Assembly: GCA_951406725.2 (NCBI GenBank) | Contig: OX597823.1 | Span: forward strand, 15,562,001-15,626,000 | DNA: 64,000 bases | Direction: 5' to 3' | From: Octopus vulgaris | Taxonomy: Eukaryota | Shown here: piece by piece, positions 1-11,992 of the stretch | How positions within the stretch are numbered: the stretch's first letter is position 1 | How the letters are laid out: every line of letters begins with the position of its first letter | Notes under the pieces: generated by a model | Seen by the model: only the letters and a program-made list of their open reading frames with translations | The model's database searches: none | What the model was told of the DNA's origin: nothing | Program-made: the position numbers and the translations under genes

Positions 1-422
1 TCTCATTAATTTTCTTTAGTTCCACTATTTAGCAATTAAGGGTATGAATTATTTCAAATAATACACACACAATCACTAAATCTTTTCCCACTAATTCTAC
101 ACAACTTTATCTTCATCCAAAGAAATCAACATGAAGCAAAATTACAGAAATATATTAGTGTTCCTAAACCAAAAGTAAATCTGCCATGAAGATTGCAAAG
201 TGGGAAATGAAACTAACCGACTCTAAGACAATAATTTTGGCTATGATCACTCTATCAGACAGATTATTACTGCAAATTCTCATAAACTAGGCTTTACTGA
301 TCTATCCAATACTTAAACTGAAGTGTAAACAGGGGTTGATAGAGTCCTAAAAGAGAAGAAATGTTCGTTTCAATCCTTTTTCTTTAGAAGTTTGCATATA
401 TATATATAATAGAAAGACTTAC

Positions 423-520
423 TTATTGTACAGATGGTTATCCTTCCTCACTTTGGTAAATGCCTTAAAATCATCAGGCATTAACATGACTGGCACAGGT
501 ATATGGCTCAGTTCATTGAT
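423..520 (-). CDS. PIP4K2: Internal coding exon (exon 2 equivalent) of phosphatidylinositol 5-phosphate 4-kinase type II
   Basis: Minus strand reads ttttattttcag|ATC AAT GAA CTG...TAC AAT AA|gtaagt: canonical acceptor and donor, 98 nt, phase 0 in and phase 2 out. Translation [32 protein letters not shown](K) matches from memory the PIP4K2A/B/C segment [33 protein letters not shown]. Too short to appear in the ORF track. Confidence 0.95.
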
Positions 521-1420
521 CTGAAAATAAAATAGGATATCAATTAACCGTTTCATCAAAACTGTTAGCACAAGTTACAATAGAAAAAAATAAGGATGTT
601 GTCTTATAATAAGTGGCAGTTTATTTGTTATTTACAAGATGTTTCCTTGATAAATGTACTTGTTTCAGTCCTAGTCACTTGCATTTAAAATATGTCCATT
701 ATGAGATACCTGTATTTTTTTTTTTTTTTTAACCTGACAACTCACTCTATCACATCTCCTCCTCCTCCTCCAAGAGTTGAAGCAGTTAAACCAGAAAAGC
801 ATTATTTCAAGGTATGAAGAAATAATCTTTTGTAAAGGGTCTCAAGAATGATAACCCAATTTAAGAAGGTTATCTTTCAATTCTTCTGAATATTACTACA
901 TGCAAGATACCAATTAAAACATGTAAAACTTTGAAAAACAACAAGTCAAAAACTATTGAAAATGTTAATTACATGGTATACTAGAAATTTCCATATTTAA
1001 ATAACACTATTTTGCTAGTTTCCTGCCAACAAAGGGAATGGTATAATTATTAGTGAAATAATTTAAAAAAATAGGTATTAATAGTACAATATGAAAAAAA
1101 CATAAACCATAAAATATTTTGTAATTTTAAGGAAAGCCATAAACTATTAGGGAATGTCTTACTGAGTGACACACTCCAATACTTAAAGGATGCACTGGGA
1201 AATTTTTAATTATCTTTTCCATGAAACAAAGCCCTGATAGTTTTTAGTATTATGCAGGAAGCCTTAGATTTATCAATATGAAGAACTAGGAAATGTATGA
1301 CATTTATGTACTTGGTGACCATTTAAGCAAAATAAATTATGCAGTTAACTGAACTACAGTGTATAACACCATTTTCTTTCTCTATATGCCAAATCATCAT
1401 GGAAGCTAAACAATTTGATA

Positions 1421-1460
1421 AGAGAGAAGGGAGAGAGAGAGATAAGAGAGAGGGAGAGAG

Positions 1461-1552
<92 letters not shown>

Positions 1553-1560
1553 CGCACGCA
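1421..1560. repeat. Compound (GA)n-(GT)n microsatellite
   Basis: Directly visible; source of the HTHT/CVCV ORFs. Confidence 0.95.
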
Positions 1561-2215
1561 TGAACATACACACAGAGTGAAAGCTGCTTATTCTGACCAC
1601 TTTCAAATGGGGAATTTTAGACAATAATAATTGGTTGGTAATGATAGTCATATGATAACATTATCCATGATTATAATAAGCAGACTCCACTGTGGGTGTT
1701 TTGTATGTATTTAAAACAGATTTGTTTTAGAATTAACCAATGATGGTAATACCCCAAATCTTCAGCAGAACAACATTGTTACCAGAAAAAAAGCCAGTTT
1801 CTGGCTTTGTTAGTCCTCATCATTGAAATTTAATCCTCCAGTTCTGTCTAGAAATCATAGCCAAATCACATAAAAATTGTTGCTCAGCTTTGCATGAGTG
1901 GAGGAACTAATTTGCATGTTGGTACAAGTTTAACAACAGTTATAAATTTTGTGTATACACCAACAAAAGATGAAAAACAAAATATATTTAGTACACCAAA
2001 CTATAAAAAATTTGATATCTGCCAAAATATATGTACTTTCAGTAATTTATCACTGTACTGCAGAACTAGCTACTAAATTATAGCTGTCAAAGATCCACCT
2101 TGCAGGATGGATCTAGCTCACGACAATGTTTTTGTCCAACCCTTTTGCCCGATTTTATTAGAATAAAAATATTTTTGTTCATTTAAAAATACTGTCAAAT
2201 ATATTACTTGTATGC

Positions 2216-2423
2216 GGGTGAGCTGGCAGAAACGTTAGCACGCCAGGCGAAATGCATACCCGTATTTCGTCTGTTGTTACGTTCTGAGTTCAAATTCCAC
2301 CGAGGTCGACTTTGCCTTTCATCCTTTCGGGGTCGATAAATAAAGTACCAGTAATCGACTTAATACCTTTGTCTGTCCACATTTGTCCCCTCTATGTTTA
2401 GCCCCTTGTGGGCAATAAAAAAT
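2216..2423 (+). mobile_element. tRNA-headed SINE, family B (ggcgagctggcagaaacgttagc...gcctttcatcctttcggggtcgataaa)
   Basis: A-box-like agctggcagaa and B-box-like gagttcaaattcc; 17-bp TSD atatattacttgtatgc at 2199-2215 and 2424-2440; many other copies in the window. Confidence 0.9.
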
Positions 2424-2630
2424 ATATATTACTTGTATGCATAGTGTTAGAGCCCAGTTAGAGTTGTGATTAATACTGGTTTTGAATAGTTAAATAAGAA
2501 CACCTTTTTCACTCCAAACAGGACAGTATATACACCATATGAATGAGTTATTGTCTATTTTCTTTTTTTTTTAGTCACACATCTTTGCACACAAACTTTA
2601 CTTAACATAGCATATTCTTTCCTTTCGTTA

Positions 2631-3008
2631 TCTCTATATATATAGCTGAAGTTGTCTGTGTATGGCAGGTTTGGTAGCCTTCGACTAACACTATCTCCTC
2701 CGCAAGTTGACCAAAATTGAGAGTATGATAGAAGAAGGTTTGCTCTTCCTTCCGTAAAAGAAAAAATTCAAATCAGACCATGTTAACACCAAAAATCATT
2801 TACATCAAAAAGGTGGGGGGGGGGTTCTATGAAAATCCATATTTTTACGATATTTTGACTGCTGTGTCACCATTTTTCGGTGTATTTCAACCAGAAAAAT
2901 GTTCACTTAAAGAGAATAACAAGCTACATAATGCAAACTTTTTACCTTTCAAAAGTCTAATACTAAAGGGTCGAAACAAACCCGAGCAATGCCGGGCGAT
3001 ACTGCTTG
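2631..3008 (+). mobile_element. Non-autonomous Helitron, subfamily 2
   Basis: A^TCTCTATATATATAG 5' end; 3' hairpin cccgagcaatgccggg then cgatactgCTTG^T (CTAG variant). Termini match the 28009 element but the interior differs. Confidence 0.75.
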
Positions 3009-3200
3009 TTGTTGATAAAGTTGTTATGGTGTATATTTATTTATTTGGGCCTACATTATGAACAGGGATTTTAGGAATAACTGTCTCCATCCAGCCTGTA
3101 AGATGTAGGTTATACTTCAATTTGGGCTGGAAATCCAAATGAGTTTAACACCTCAGTACAAATCATCAATCTGTGCCACACACACAACTGTGCAACTCAG

Positions 3201-3205
<5 letters not shown>

Positions 3206-3252
<47 letters not shown>
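3206..3252. repeat. (CT)n microsatellite
   Basis: Directly visible. Confidence 0.95.
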
Positions 3253-3255
<3 letters not shown>

Positions 3256-3622
3256 AAAAGGGTTTTAAACCCAAAAGGAAGGTTTCCTCTACATATTTCT
3301 TGAAAGCCTTTTAACTCAGTTATATAAACAAGACCCTGCTCTAGTAACATCAATCTACCTAGCTGAAAATAGATACCAAAAAGGATCTCCAATTGTAAAA
3401 ATATCACTATCATGACCACGACCACCAACCCACAACATTATAAGGTGTATAAATTTGTAGACACTTCATTCTCTAACCACTGCTAACCCATCAAAATCTT
3501 ACAAAAATACATCAAACACTATAAGCACAACAAAACTTTGAAACATGCAGAACTTGTAAAACCATAAAGTTTTTAAAACTACTTAGTCTTTAAAAGAAGT
3601 ATTTCATTAACAACAAACATTA

Positions 3623-4015
3623 TAGGCACCAGTGTAGCTGTGTGATTAGGAAGTTTGCTTCCTAACCACATGGTTTTGGATTCAGTCCTACTACATGCCT
3701 TGGACAAGTGTCTTCTATTACAGCCTCGGGCCACCCTAAGCCTTGAGAGAAGATTTGGAAGATGAAAACTGAAGAAAAAAACAATGTGTGTGTGTGTGTA
3801 TGTGCACATGTTCTTAGTGCACACATGCATGTGATAGTTGTAAACAAGATCCACTGTCATACAATCTTCTCTGAAAACTTGTCTGGCCAGAGGAAAAATA
3901 TTAGAAGCTGGGAAACAGGTGAGGGTTGGCAACAAGATGGGCACCCAGTTACAGATCTGCCTGACAAATTTAATCAAACCCATGTGAACATGGAAAATAG
4001 ATGTTAAAATGATGA
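3623..4015 (+). mobile_element. Diverged family C-type SINE with alternative 3' part
   Basis: Head resembles family C (gtagctgtgtgattaggaagtttgctt...ccttggacaagtgtcttcta), central (GT)n, 3' end resembling the family A tail (catgtgaacatggaaaatagatgttaaaatgatgat). Confidence 0.6.
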
Positions 4016-5594
4016 TTTTACTTCAGTTTAAAACTACAGAAGGGATACCAACAAAACAAAAAAAAATACACAAACAACAGAGTTGGGAAGCTATGGTTTC
4101 TCACCTGTATGACTACAACTAAAAAAAACAATAAGCAACTTAATTCAGTATAGTAATAGTTCAGAATAGTGAATGGCAGAAGGAGAAGAGTGTCAGATAA
4201 ATAACTCATGCTATTAGGTTATGTCCTTTTCAAATTCTGAGTCAAAACCCACTCAAGTCAACCTTTCAAGTTTCTGAGGTAAATAAAATAAGTGCTAGTC
4301 AAGAACTGATATAAATAGAATATCTGCGAAAATAAAGATCTGAGTTGAATTAAAACAACAAAGATGCTGAAATATTTAGAACACACTTCTCCACATAGTC
4401 TTATTTAACAAATTCTATTTAATGCTTTTTACCAACATAGACCACCGCTACTTTCTTAAAGTATAATTTTCCTTTGCTAATTCGTTGTTAGATCAGTATT
4501 GTAACTTGTCTTCACTATAACTTGTTCCAAGTTTTAGATTATTGACAATTGTAGTTTGTTTTTGATGTGGTAAGGAGGCTTTCAAAGAAGATTCTATGGC
4601 TATGTTCAGCAAGTTGAGTAACTACAATACAAAACCTTTACTACCTTGCTCATCAAGTGTTTCAGATTAAATAGATTGGACTCTTTAATCAGTTAGATGA
4701 GCTTCTTGAGAATTTCCCACTATGTGAATCTCTTCTGCAAATTACATGCAGAAAACCACCCACACAACAGTATTTTTATTCATAGCTCTGAATCAAGTGG
4801 CAAATGTTATGATCCTATAACCAAACGCTTCTGCAAACTCTCCCCTAAATTCTACCATTTTTTCTTTATTTTTATTATTAACCTATAATTAAGGAGATAT
4901 ATAAATTTTAAAATAAGAAAAAAAAGGCTAATCTTTATATAGGGACATGACTATTTTCAGAATTATTAACAAATAGGTTAGATAAATACAAGTTAAAATA
5001 TTAAAGTAATTTGAAGCTAAACACCATCTAATTACATGTATATTCATTGCATGTTAGATAAAATAAAAAAGTGAGAGTACAACTGAGAAATGACTGGCAT
5101 TTATTCTAAGATAATAGCATACACCACAGATCTGTTACAGTTGGTGTTGAATTAGAAGTGTTGTCTATTAATACTTGCTGGTTAATACATAAGCTAAAGC
5201 TGAATAAGTCTATGGTGTTTGTAAAGCAACTTTGATACATAAATGTATAAACTAGTATTGTGTATTCTGCTTTAAGCATGACCATCTTTCTAATTAAGTA
5301 TCCAGATTTAACTCCTAACATTGAAACCAAAATCCAGCTGCTGCCTGTGAGTCAACAAGAGAACCTCTATGCAATTGCTCAACCTGTTAAATATAGCAAC
5401 CAAATTTCATTCAAATCACTAACACAGCCATCTTTAGAAAAAAAGGACATATTTGGTAATATAGTCAGAGATATATCTTGAAAGTACAATGGGATGGTCA
5501 CATCGAGAGCACTTTTGATCAGAAATTTTCGTCAGGTTTAACCTGAGAGTAAACAATCTTACTGTTGTATCTCGCCTTATTCCTTACAAGTAGT

Positions 5595-5828
5595 TATTTC
5601 TTTACTACCCACAAGGAGCTAAACACAGAGGGGACAAACAAGGACAGACAAACGAATTAAGTCAATTACATCGACCCCAGTGCATAACTGGTACTTAATT
5701 TATCGACCCCGAAAGGATGAAAGGTAAAGTCGACCTTGGCAGAATTTGAACTCAGAACGTAATGCCAGACGATATACAGCTACGCATTTCGCCCAGCGTG
5801 CTAACGTTTCTGCCAGCTCGCCGCGTTA
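5595..5828 (-). mobile_element. SINE family B
   Basis: Reverse complement of family B; approximate TSD attccttac(a/t)agtagt on both sides. Confidence 0.9.
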
Positions 5829-7080
5829 ATTCCTTACTAGTAGTAAACACCAATAGTATTACAAATGTCACAGTTCAACCAGGGTTATCAGTATTGTTGT
5901 TATAAAATTATATCAAAAATGTATACAAAATACATGAAACAGTGAAGTATAGCTTCAATATCAATTTTATTCATACCTAGTTGGTACATCACATTCAGTT
6001 ATTGCAAAATAATTTGACCCAACATTAGCCAAAACCTAATGAAAACAAAAGGAATTGTGTTCTCTACATATGTGATCAATATCTGAATGTATTTTTCTCT
6101 AAGTTAATAATCCTTCATATGGATTACTTGAAAACAGGTGTATTTTGGATTGAAAATGATTACATATTTGCATCTATCCCGTCTCTAAATCTTTACTTAT
6201 CATCAGTCTTTTAAGGGGCATATTTTTACTCCAAAACTGACAGATCAACTCCATCAACACACAATCAAGATCTTTATATTATATTCTATGCAGAACGGAG
6301 TTTTGTCAGTGAACAGGTCGCGGTCTCAAAGTGACGAAAATATTTTGACAAATTAAATTTAAATGTTGAAGTGAATCTAACGGTTTTTGTGTGTTTCTTA
6401 AATGGCTTATAAACACCTTCCATGCTGCAATTGTTTTCATTCCAGCACACGATCTCAGATCAGGTCACTTGCTATGCAAGTACATCTCCGTAATGTTTTT
6501 CTATTTTTCAATAATTCTGTCCCTTGCTTTCAGTATAGAGCTTCACCAGTTTGTCCTTTTGCTTTTTAGGGTTAGATGGAGTGGTTGTTCCAAAACCAAA
6601 CACCTCAGTCAGACACTTCAGACATTGCTGTTAAGACTTTTCAACAATTTGACTCCCCGTGGTAATGTTAAACATAAAGTGCTCCCACCTCCTCTCAGTT
6701 ACCCATAAGAATATCTTCACACCTTTTCATCACAGAATACTGCACAAAACATATGCGAGCATTGCATACCTGGAAGGTGCAGCTATGACAGCTACTAAAT
6801 ATAAACTGGCGCCAACATGACTGGGTTGGGTAGCCCAACTCAGGGTAGATGAGGTTACTGTTAAAGCAACTGACAGGTGGTCACGTGGATCAGAACAACA
6901 GCACAAGGCTGAAAAGCTTTCCAAGCACTTTCTGAAAATTATTTGTGATGCTTCTCTCACTCAAAATGCTTTCAAATTTTAGTGTTTTCAGTTGAAGACA
7001 ATGAACCTGCAGTCACTATTATTATAGTTACTAATATCAATATTTACGTTTAAACACATTAATTTGGCATTTCATTTTTC

Positions 7081-7457
7081 ATCATCATTGTCGTTTAGCG
7101 TCCGCTTTCCATGCTAGCATGGGTTGGACGGTTCAACTGAGGTCTGGGAAGCCAGAAGGCTGCACCAGGCCCAGTTTGATCTGGCAATGTTTCTATGGCT
7201 GGATGCCCTTCCTAACGCCAACCACTCCATGCGTGTAGTGGGTGCTTTTTACGTGCCACCGGCACAGGTGCCAGACGAGTCTGGCAAACGGCCACGATCA
7301 GATGGTGCTTTTTATGTGCCACTGGCACAGGGGCCAGGCGAGGCCACGAACAGATGGAGCTTTTTACGTGCCACCGGCACGAAGCCAGACGGAGCGGCGC
7401 TGGCAATGGCCACGAACGGATGGTGCTTTTTACGTGCCACCGGCACGAGGCCAGTCG
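7081..7457 (-). mobile_element. Family A retroposon 3' end ((GAT)n tail; RTE-type LINE 3'UTR or derived SINE)
   Basis: (CAT)n tail, ccatgctagcatgg palindrome, ggatgcccttcctaacgccaacc, four internal gctttttacgtgccac modules; 5'-truncated. Confidence 0.85.
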
Positions 7458-8048
7458 TAAATTATTTCTTTTCAGATACACCACGGTTTGACCAGCATAC
7501 AACAACTCAAAAAATAATGCTGGTCTAAGTAGTTGATATAAATAAAATTGGTTTCAAAAACGAAAGTTTTTTTTTTCTCCCCCACTTCTCTGAAAAATAT
7601 AATTTACTTTGTTCAGTAATAACCAATAAGAAATTTGGGCTTTCTACCTTCAAAAATCTCTTAGGTATCTGAGTAAATACTCAGGTAAGCATTCAAACAA
7701 ACAAACAAATCTTCATGTAGTTGCTCAATCTGCAAAGAATAACAGCCAAATCTCACTGTGAGAGACATTAGATATTGTCATCCTAGATGCACAATGACCA
7801 ATAAAAGAATATGATGGTCACAAACACCTTTTGAATATAAATTTGCTCAGTCAGGTCTGACCTGGAGCTAAAACAACAAAACACTGACAAAAATAGCCAC
7901 TTAATGCTTAGATGGCTACAAATGTTGGATGGAAGAAACTATGGTAAGAGTAGAGGCTAACATTCAATCTTTACACTATGATTCTGCTTGCTCTAAAACA
8001 GTCATGGCCAAGCTGCAGCTTGTGAGGCTCTCTGAATGGCATGATTAA

Positions 8049-8269
8049 CCCTTTCGTTACCAACCCGGCTGAAACCGGCTCTGGCTCTGAGTACAACTGT
8101 CTTGTTTTCATAAGTTTTGAATTAAAATCTTCCACCAAGGCTTAGTCATAATTTAGGTTCTTAACACTAGCTTCATGATAACTAAGTTATTTTACTAAAT
8201 TCTTTGTTATATTTAAAATTAATTGAAAGAAACACAGAGCATCTCAACAGAAATACAGTAACGAAAGGG
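8049..8269. mobile_element. piggyBac-like MITE, family M1 (221 bp)
   Basis: TTAA on both sides; perfect 12-bp TIR ccctttcgttac/gtaacgaaaggg; second copy inverted at 63273-63493. Confidence 0.9.
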
Positions 8270-8506
8270 TTAATGAAAAATCACCTTGAATTTATGCAAC
8301 CCACTTCTTGAAAAAGATTGCCTGCTCTAAAATGACAAGAGGATGCTGGTATAACCAATAATCATATTGATGTTATTCACACCATATGCAAAGACACATG
8401 GAAGACACCAACACAAAGTCAAGGAAAAGTGCCTATCTTACTGCCTTTCCAGAAATCTATAGTCAAAAGTGGCTAATTTAACAACTGATACTTCCACATT
8501 CTTTAA

Positions 8507-8727
8507 CCCTTTAGCATTTAAACCGGCCATATCCGGCCAAAAGTATTCTGCCTGTTTTATGTTCAAACTGGCTAGATCTGGTCTCTCACACCAACCCTAC
8601 AATATCATTTTAAAAATTAACAGCTACCTCATCAAAATCTCATAGCTACAAGATAATGCCTGATTAGTTCAAGGCAATGTGGATAAAAAGGGATTAATTT
8701 TGGCAGAATAATGCGAACACTAAAGGG
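8507..8727. mobile_element. piggyBac-like MITE, family M2 (221 bp)
   Basis: TTAA flanks; TIR ccctttag/ctaaaggg; copies at 24166, 25781, 49979, 57991 and 63106. Confidence 0.9.
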
Positions 8728-10761
8728 TTAAAATAATTTTATCTTTAATTAAAAAGGTCACAGTGATAACACTCCCTGCAGAGTTATTATCCTATTTATA
8801 ACAAACATTGCCAAAGGAAATGCATCCACTGACTGTCAAAGGACAGGTTGGCAGTGCTTGTTAAAATTCTCAGAGGTCGGCTGGTATTTTAGTTGCAGCA
8901 TACTATCTAAGCAGCCACCTCAGTTAGGTAAACTAGCATGGTAGCTGTATTTAACCATAGCAATATGCACACACGCATGTGTGTATGTCGGTGCAATGGG
9001 GTATTGAAAATAATCGTTGCCTGAAAAACATGGGTGAAACTCAGATTAGTGACAGAGATATCGCTAATGTTTGAGAGAGGGGGAGGCAGAGTAGAGAATA
9101 GGTCAGTAGGTGTAATCACACACACAATGTGATTATGCAACACAAGAGGCAAGAATTAGGGTCAGATGTTGAACTGGATAATACATATGTACATTCTCAG
9201 AACAGCATTCTGGTTTTGTTTCACTGATATAAGCAACTAAGCCAAGACTACAAATGAAAACAGCTGTTTGTTTGGAAGATGTGTTATCATATAGCAATAA
9301 GCATTATCAAAAGTGTGAGGCAACTCAACATCGTGTTTCCAGGACACAATTAGTGCCAGTATGTTAAAACAATGTGGTTTGAATTGCCATCTGGATGCAA
9401 AATATTGTAATCAATTTGACTAAAAATACCTATTTTGTAGAGAAAGCCAATATGAAGTAGGAATCAGAAAGAACTTCATTTATATCTACCATAAATATGC
9501 TTAGAAAACATTACCATTATTATTATTATTATTATTAAATGTAAAACAGAAGCAAAACAAGAATGGTTTATTTCTTTTATATCTATATATTTATTTTGAT
9601 TGTTTGACAAAGGATTTCAAAATCTGAAACAGCGAAATGCCAAGGAAATAACAAAAAGTATAAACCACTATTTTTGTTAGGCTTTCGTTTTGTTTGTTTT
9701 CTCTTGAATTCCAAACTTGCATTATAGAGGCTTTCTTAAACGTTATTATTCTATTTCACAATGCTTCATATTAAGTATATAATATCTAAGATGTTACAAG
9801 TGAAAGGCATTAACTGTTTCAACACTGACCAAGAAATACATATGAAAGTGTTGATCTGTGACCATTTTACATTCAATAACTTTAAAGATTGCTAATTTTC
9901 AGTTAATAAAACACATGATCTGTTGTAATTCAAGATTTTCTAAATTCAGTTAAAGTTGTCTGCAAAACAAAGAATTTTGATTTTGGAATAGTTTTCATTC
10001 TAAATAAAAGCTGAGTTAAATATGGTCATTGCATCTACCCCAAATGAATATTAACAATGGTGAACACTTAAATCAGCAGATGTAAGGTAAAACAATTGAA
10101 TGGAAGACAATTCATTCTCTTTGATAATGGAATCATTCAATTTGTTCCTTGAGAGATTCTGGTAATATAATTTGGAAGATGGAATGAGACTTTTAGACAC
10201 AAAGGAGATAAAATGTCACGTTATTCATTAGATTAAACACAAATCCAATTGAAGCTGATGTTTCTTTGAAATGCTTTCGATAGAACCACCAGAGTTGTAC
10301 ACTGAAAGCTAAAACATACAATTCAGTTGAAACATGAAGATCTTGTTATCTAGGGACCACAATATTGATTTATTTGTTAGGCATGAATTTACAGATGAAA
10401 AATATGTCAATGTCCTTTAAGCTTTTAAAGGCTGGTGCTTATACAGATGAGAGACAAATCTCTTTAATAGGATAGGAAGGATGTCAGTCTATAATAACAC
10501 TCCCTAATGATCTGATGTTTATTCTTTAGAAGTGTACTTCCCAAATCCACAACAAAATACTTGTGATAGTTTTGAAATCAAAACCTTTCCAAGGGTTGTC
10601 CATTTTATTCAGCCATTTCACTCTTGTACAAATGTACAGACAGTAAAGGAAAGATATTTATGACTTCTGTTAGCACTATAAGGGGAAAGAATTGTCTTCA
10701 GTTAAATCTGACCAACTCACAGGTTACTTCTCACTCAAAAACACACACTACATCCAAAGTA

Positions 10762-11992
10762 CAGGGTGAATAAGGTATTTGAAGATATACCATTTTTGGG
10801 TCATTGCTGCATTTTTTTGCTAATTCTGTATAATCTTTGTTTCAGAAAATAATAATGGCAAACCTTCAGCTTACTCAAGAAATGAAGAGGCATGCTGTTA
10901 TTGCAGTTATAAAAGCTGAGCATAGTGATTTAGAAATATCTCAATTTTTTAAAAGTTGCCAAAACTTTCATCTAAAAAGTTTGCAAGGAGTTAGAAACTG
11001 AAGATGGAAATGTATTGCCAGTATCAAAGCATAAAAAGCATTCTAAATGCTCTGAAACCATCAGAACACCTGAATTTATCCAGCAAGTTCAACAGAGCAT
11101 TGATTACAATCTCAGAAAGTCCATGAGGTCAATTGCAAAAGATCTCCATATGTCAGAAGGAACAGTCAGAAATGTTGTCCACAAAGACATCAGATATGTC
11201 TTATATGATGAGGAAAGGTCAATTTGTCAGAAAAAGCAAAAGAAAATCACTATATCAGATCTAAAAGGCTCTTAAACAAACTGAAAAATCCAGCAGTGGT
11301 TTTTCTCAAACGAGAAAATTTGACCAAGATCAAAATGTTAACAAAAGAAATGATAGATGGTTATGTGCAGACTCTTCTGAAGTTCCAAGTGTTATGCATA
11401 CAAAATTTCCTGCAACTGTCATGGTTTTAGGGTTGTCAGCAATGGAGGACATGCGATGCCCCCTTACTTCTTTCCAAAAAGCCTCAGAGTTAACTCTGCA
11501 GCCGACATTAAGGTCCTGGAAATAATTGTTAAGCTCTGGATAGTCAGTGTATGCAATTCAATGCCATATGTGTTTCAGTAACATTCTGCACTATCACACA
11601 TGGCTCTAGTAACACAGAAATGGATGGCTGAAAATTTTCATGATCACATAACCCCTAACAGTTGGCCTCCTAATTCCCCAGATCTCAATCCATTGCACTA
11701 TGTGGAACATTGTTGAGAGAGAGGTCAATGAACACACCCATAACACCAATGACTCTTTTATAGCTGCCATAGTCAGAGTCATGTCCAAAATGAACCTGGA
11801 CCACTTGATTTGAGCATATAGATGATTTAGATTTAATATAAAAGCAGTTGGTGGCTTTATTGAACAACACTACAGAAAAGGTTTATTTTTATCCTCATAG
11901 CAATTTTTGATAAATAAAGTTATTATTTCTTTTCATATATCTGGGATTCTTTTATAAACATAAATCTGTCCTCAAATATCTTATACACCCTG
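10762..11992 (+). mobile_element. Full-length decayed Tc1/mariner transposon, DD37D (maT) family
   Basis: TA flanks; TIRs cagggtgaataaggtatttga / tcaaatatcttatacaccctg. Broken transposase from ATG 10882: HTH (KSMRSIAKDLHMSEGTVRNVVH) and catalytic region YVFQ*HSALSH...WPPNSPDLNPLHY, with 37 residues between the 2nd and 3rd catalytic positions (11582 and 11696). Confidence 0.92.

Noticed and set aside
1323-1651. Overlapping HTHT/CVCV ORFs (and similar YIYI ORFs at 26592, 47084, 55561 and 57481)
   Set aside because: Translations of dinucleotide microsatellites.
6295-6492. CpG-containing block with acggag/ctccgt ends, possibly a small DNA element
   Set aside because: Only a 6-bp inverted match, a single copy here, and no TSD identified.
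6700-6950. Faint RTE-like coding remnants (also 13030-13280 and 51000-51150)
   Set aside because: Too degenerate to support by eye; would need a translated HMM search.
7124-7528. Recurrent apparent protein family MDGSTGVWEARRLHQAQ...GAFYVPPA (also 33476, 38457, 48834, 59241)
   Set aside because: Antisense reading of the family A repeat; frames and stops differ between copies.
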